Shown: one piece after another, positions 63,799 to 64,000 of the stretch
Layout: the number at the start of each line of letters is the position of its first letter
How positions within the stretch are numbered: the first letter of the stretch is position 1
From: Octopus sinensis
Taxonomy: Eukaryota
Length of the DNA: 64,000 nucleotides
Assembly: GCF_006345805.1 (NCBI RefSeq)
Contig: NW_021833461.1
Span: 1 to 64,000, forward strand
Reading direction: 5' to 3'
The notes under the pieces: model-generated
What the model was told of the DNA's origin: nothing
The model's database searches: none
Seen by the model: only the letters and a program-made list of their open reading frames with translations
Translations under genes and position numbers: made by a program

Positions 63799-63801
<3 letters not shown>
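63551..63801 (+). mobile_element. Perfect fold-back PLE-type unit with HHR at 63642-63700 and 65-nt tail
   Basis: 90-bp arms 63551-63640 / 63647-63736; ataa-CCGAAGA-gatg...catc-t-GAAA-ctc-a-gag-TT-ttat. Confidence 0.75.
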
Positions 63802-63874
<73 letters not shown>

Positions 63875-63878
<4 letters not shown>

Positions 63879-64000
63879 CTTGACCGACCAGTCCGTCGAG
63901 CGTCCATTTGACACCGCTGGTCACAGTACGCTGTCCACTCCTCTCTGTATCGCGCCTTTCTCATCCAATTGATCCCAATCGTCCTCCTGAAATCGTAACT
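63875..64000 (-). mobile_element. SINE/RTE-like tail running off the window end
   Basis: Degenerate match to the tail at 5179-5260. Confidence 0.5.

Overview
Repeat-saturated, AT-rich eukaryotic DNA, most likely an Octopus genome. This is inferred from the recognisable tRNA-derived SINE families and the (TA)/(CA)/(CATA) microsatellite load. I found no host protein-coding exon I can support; nearly all listed ORFs are translations of microsatellites or antisense frames of transposons. Real coding remnants belong to mobile elements: a CR1/L2-like LINE (APE + RT), two Penelope-like element (PLE) families (RT + C-terminal GIY-YIG), three hAT elements and a Helitron fragment. The most striking unannotated signal is a set of type I hammerhead ribozyme (HHR) motifs: about 16 copies in roughly 10 unrelated sequence families, nearly all sitting in (TA)n tracts. 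They include core variants (U3:A8 covariation, C4, CUGAUGCG). Highlights: a 364-nt tandem unit that ends exactly at the predicted cleavage site; a tRNA-headed SINE carrying an HHR; a Neptune-type PLE whose ~3.5 kb CA-rich 3' region is inherited colinearly between copies rather than expanded in place; and a recurring fold-back architecture with a family-specific 3' tail. All ribozyme and clade calls are made by eye and need computational and experimental confirmation.
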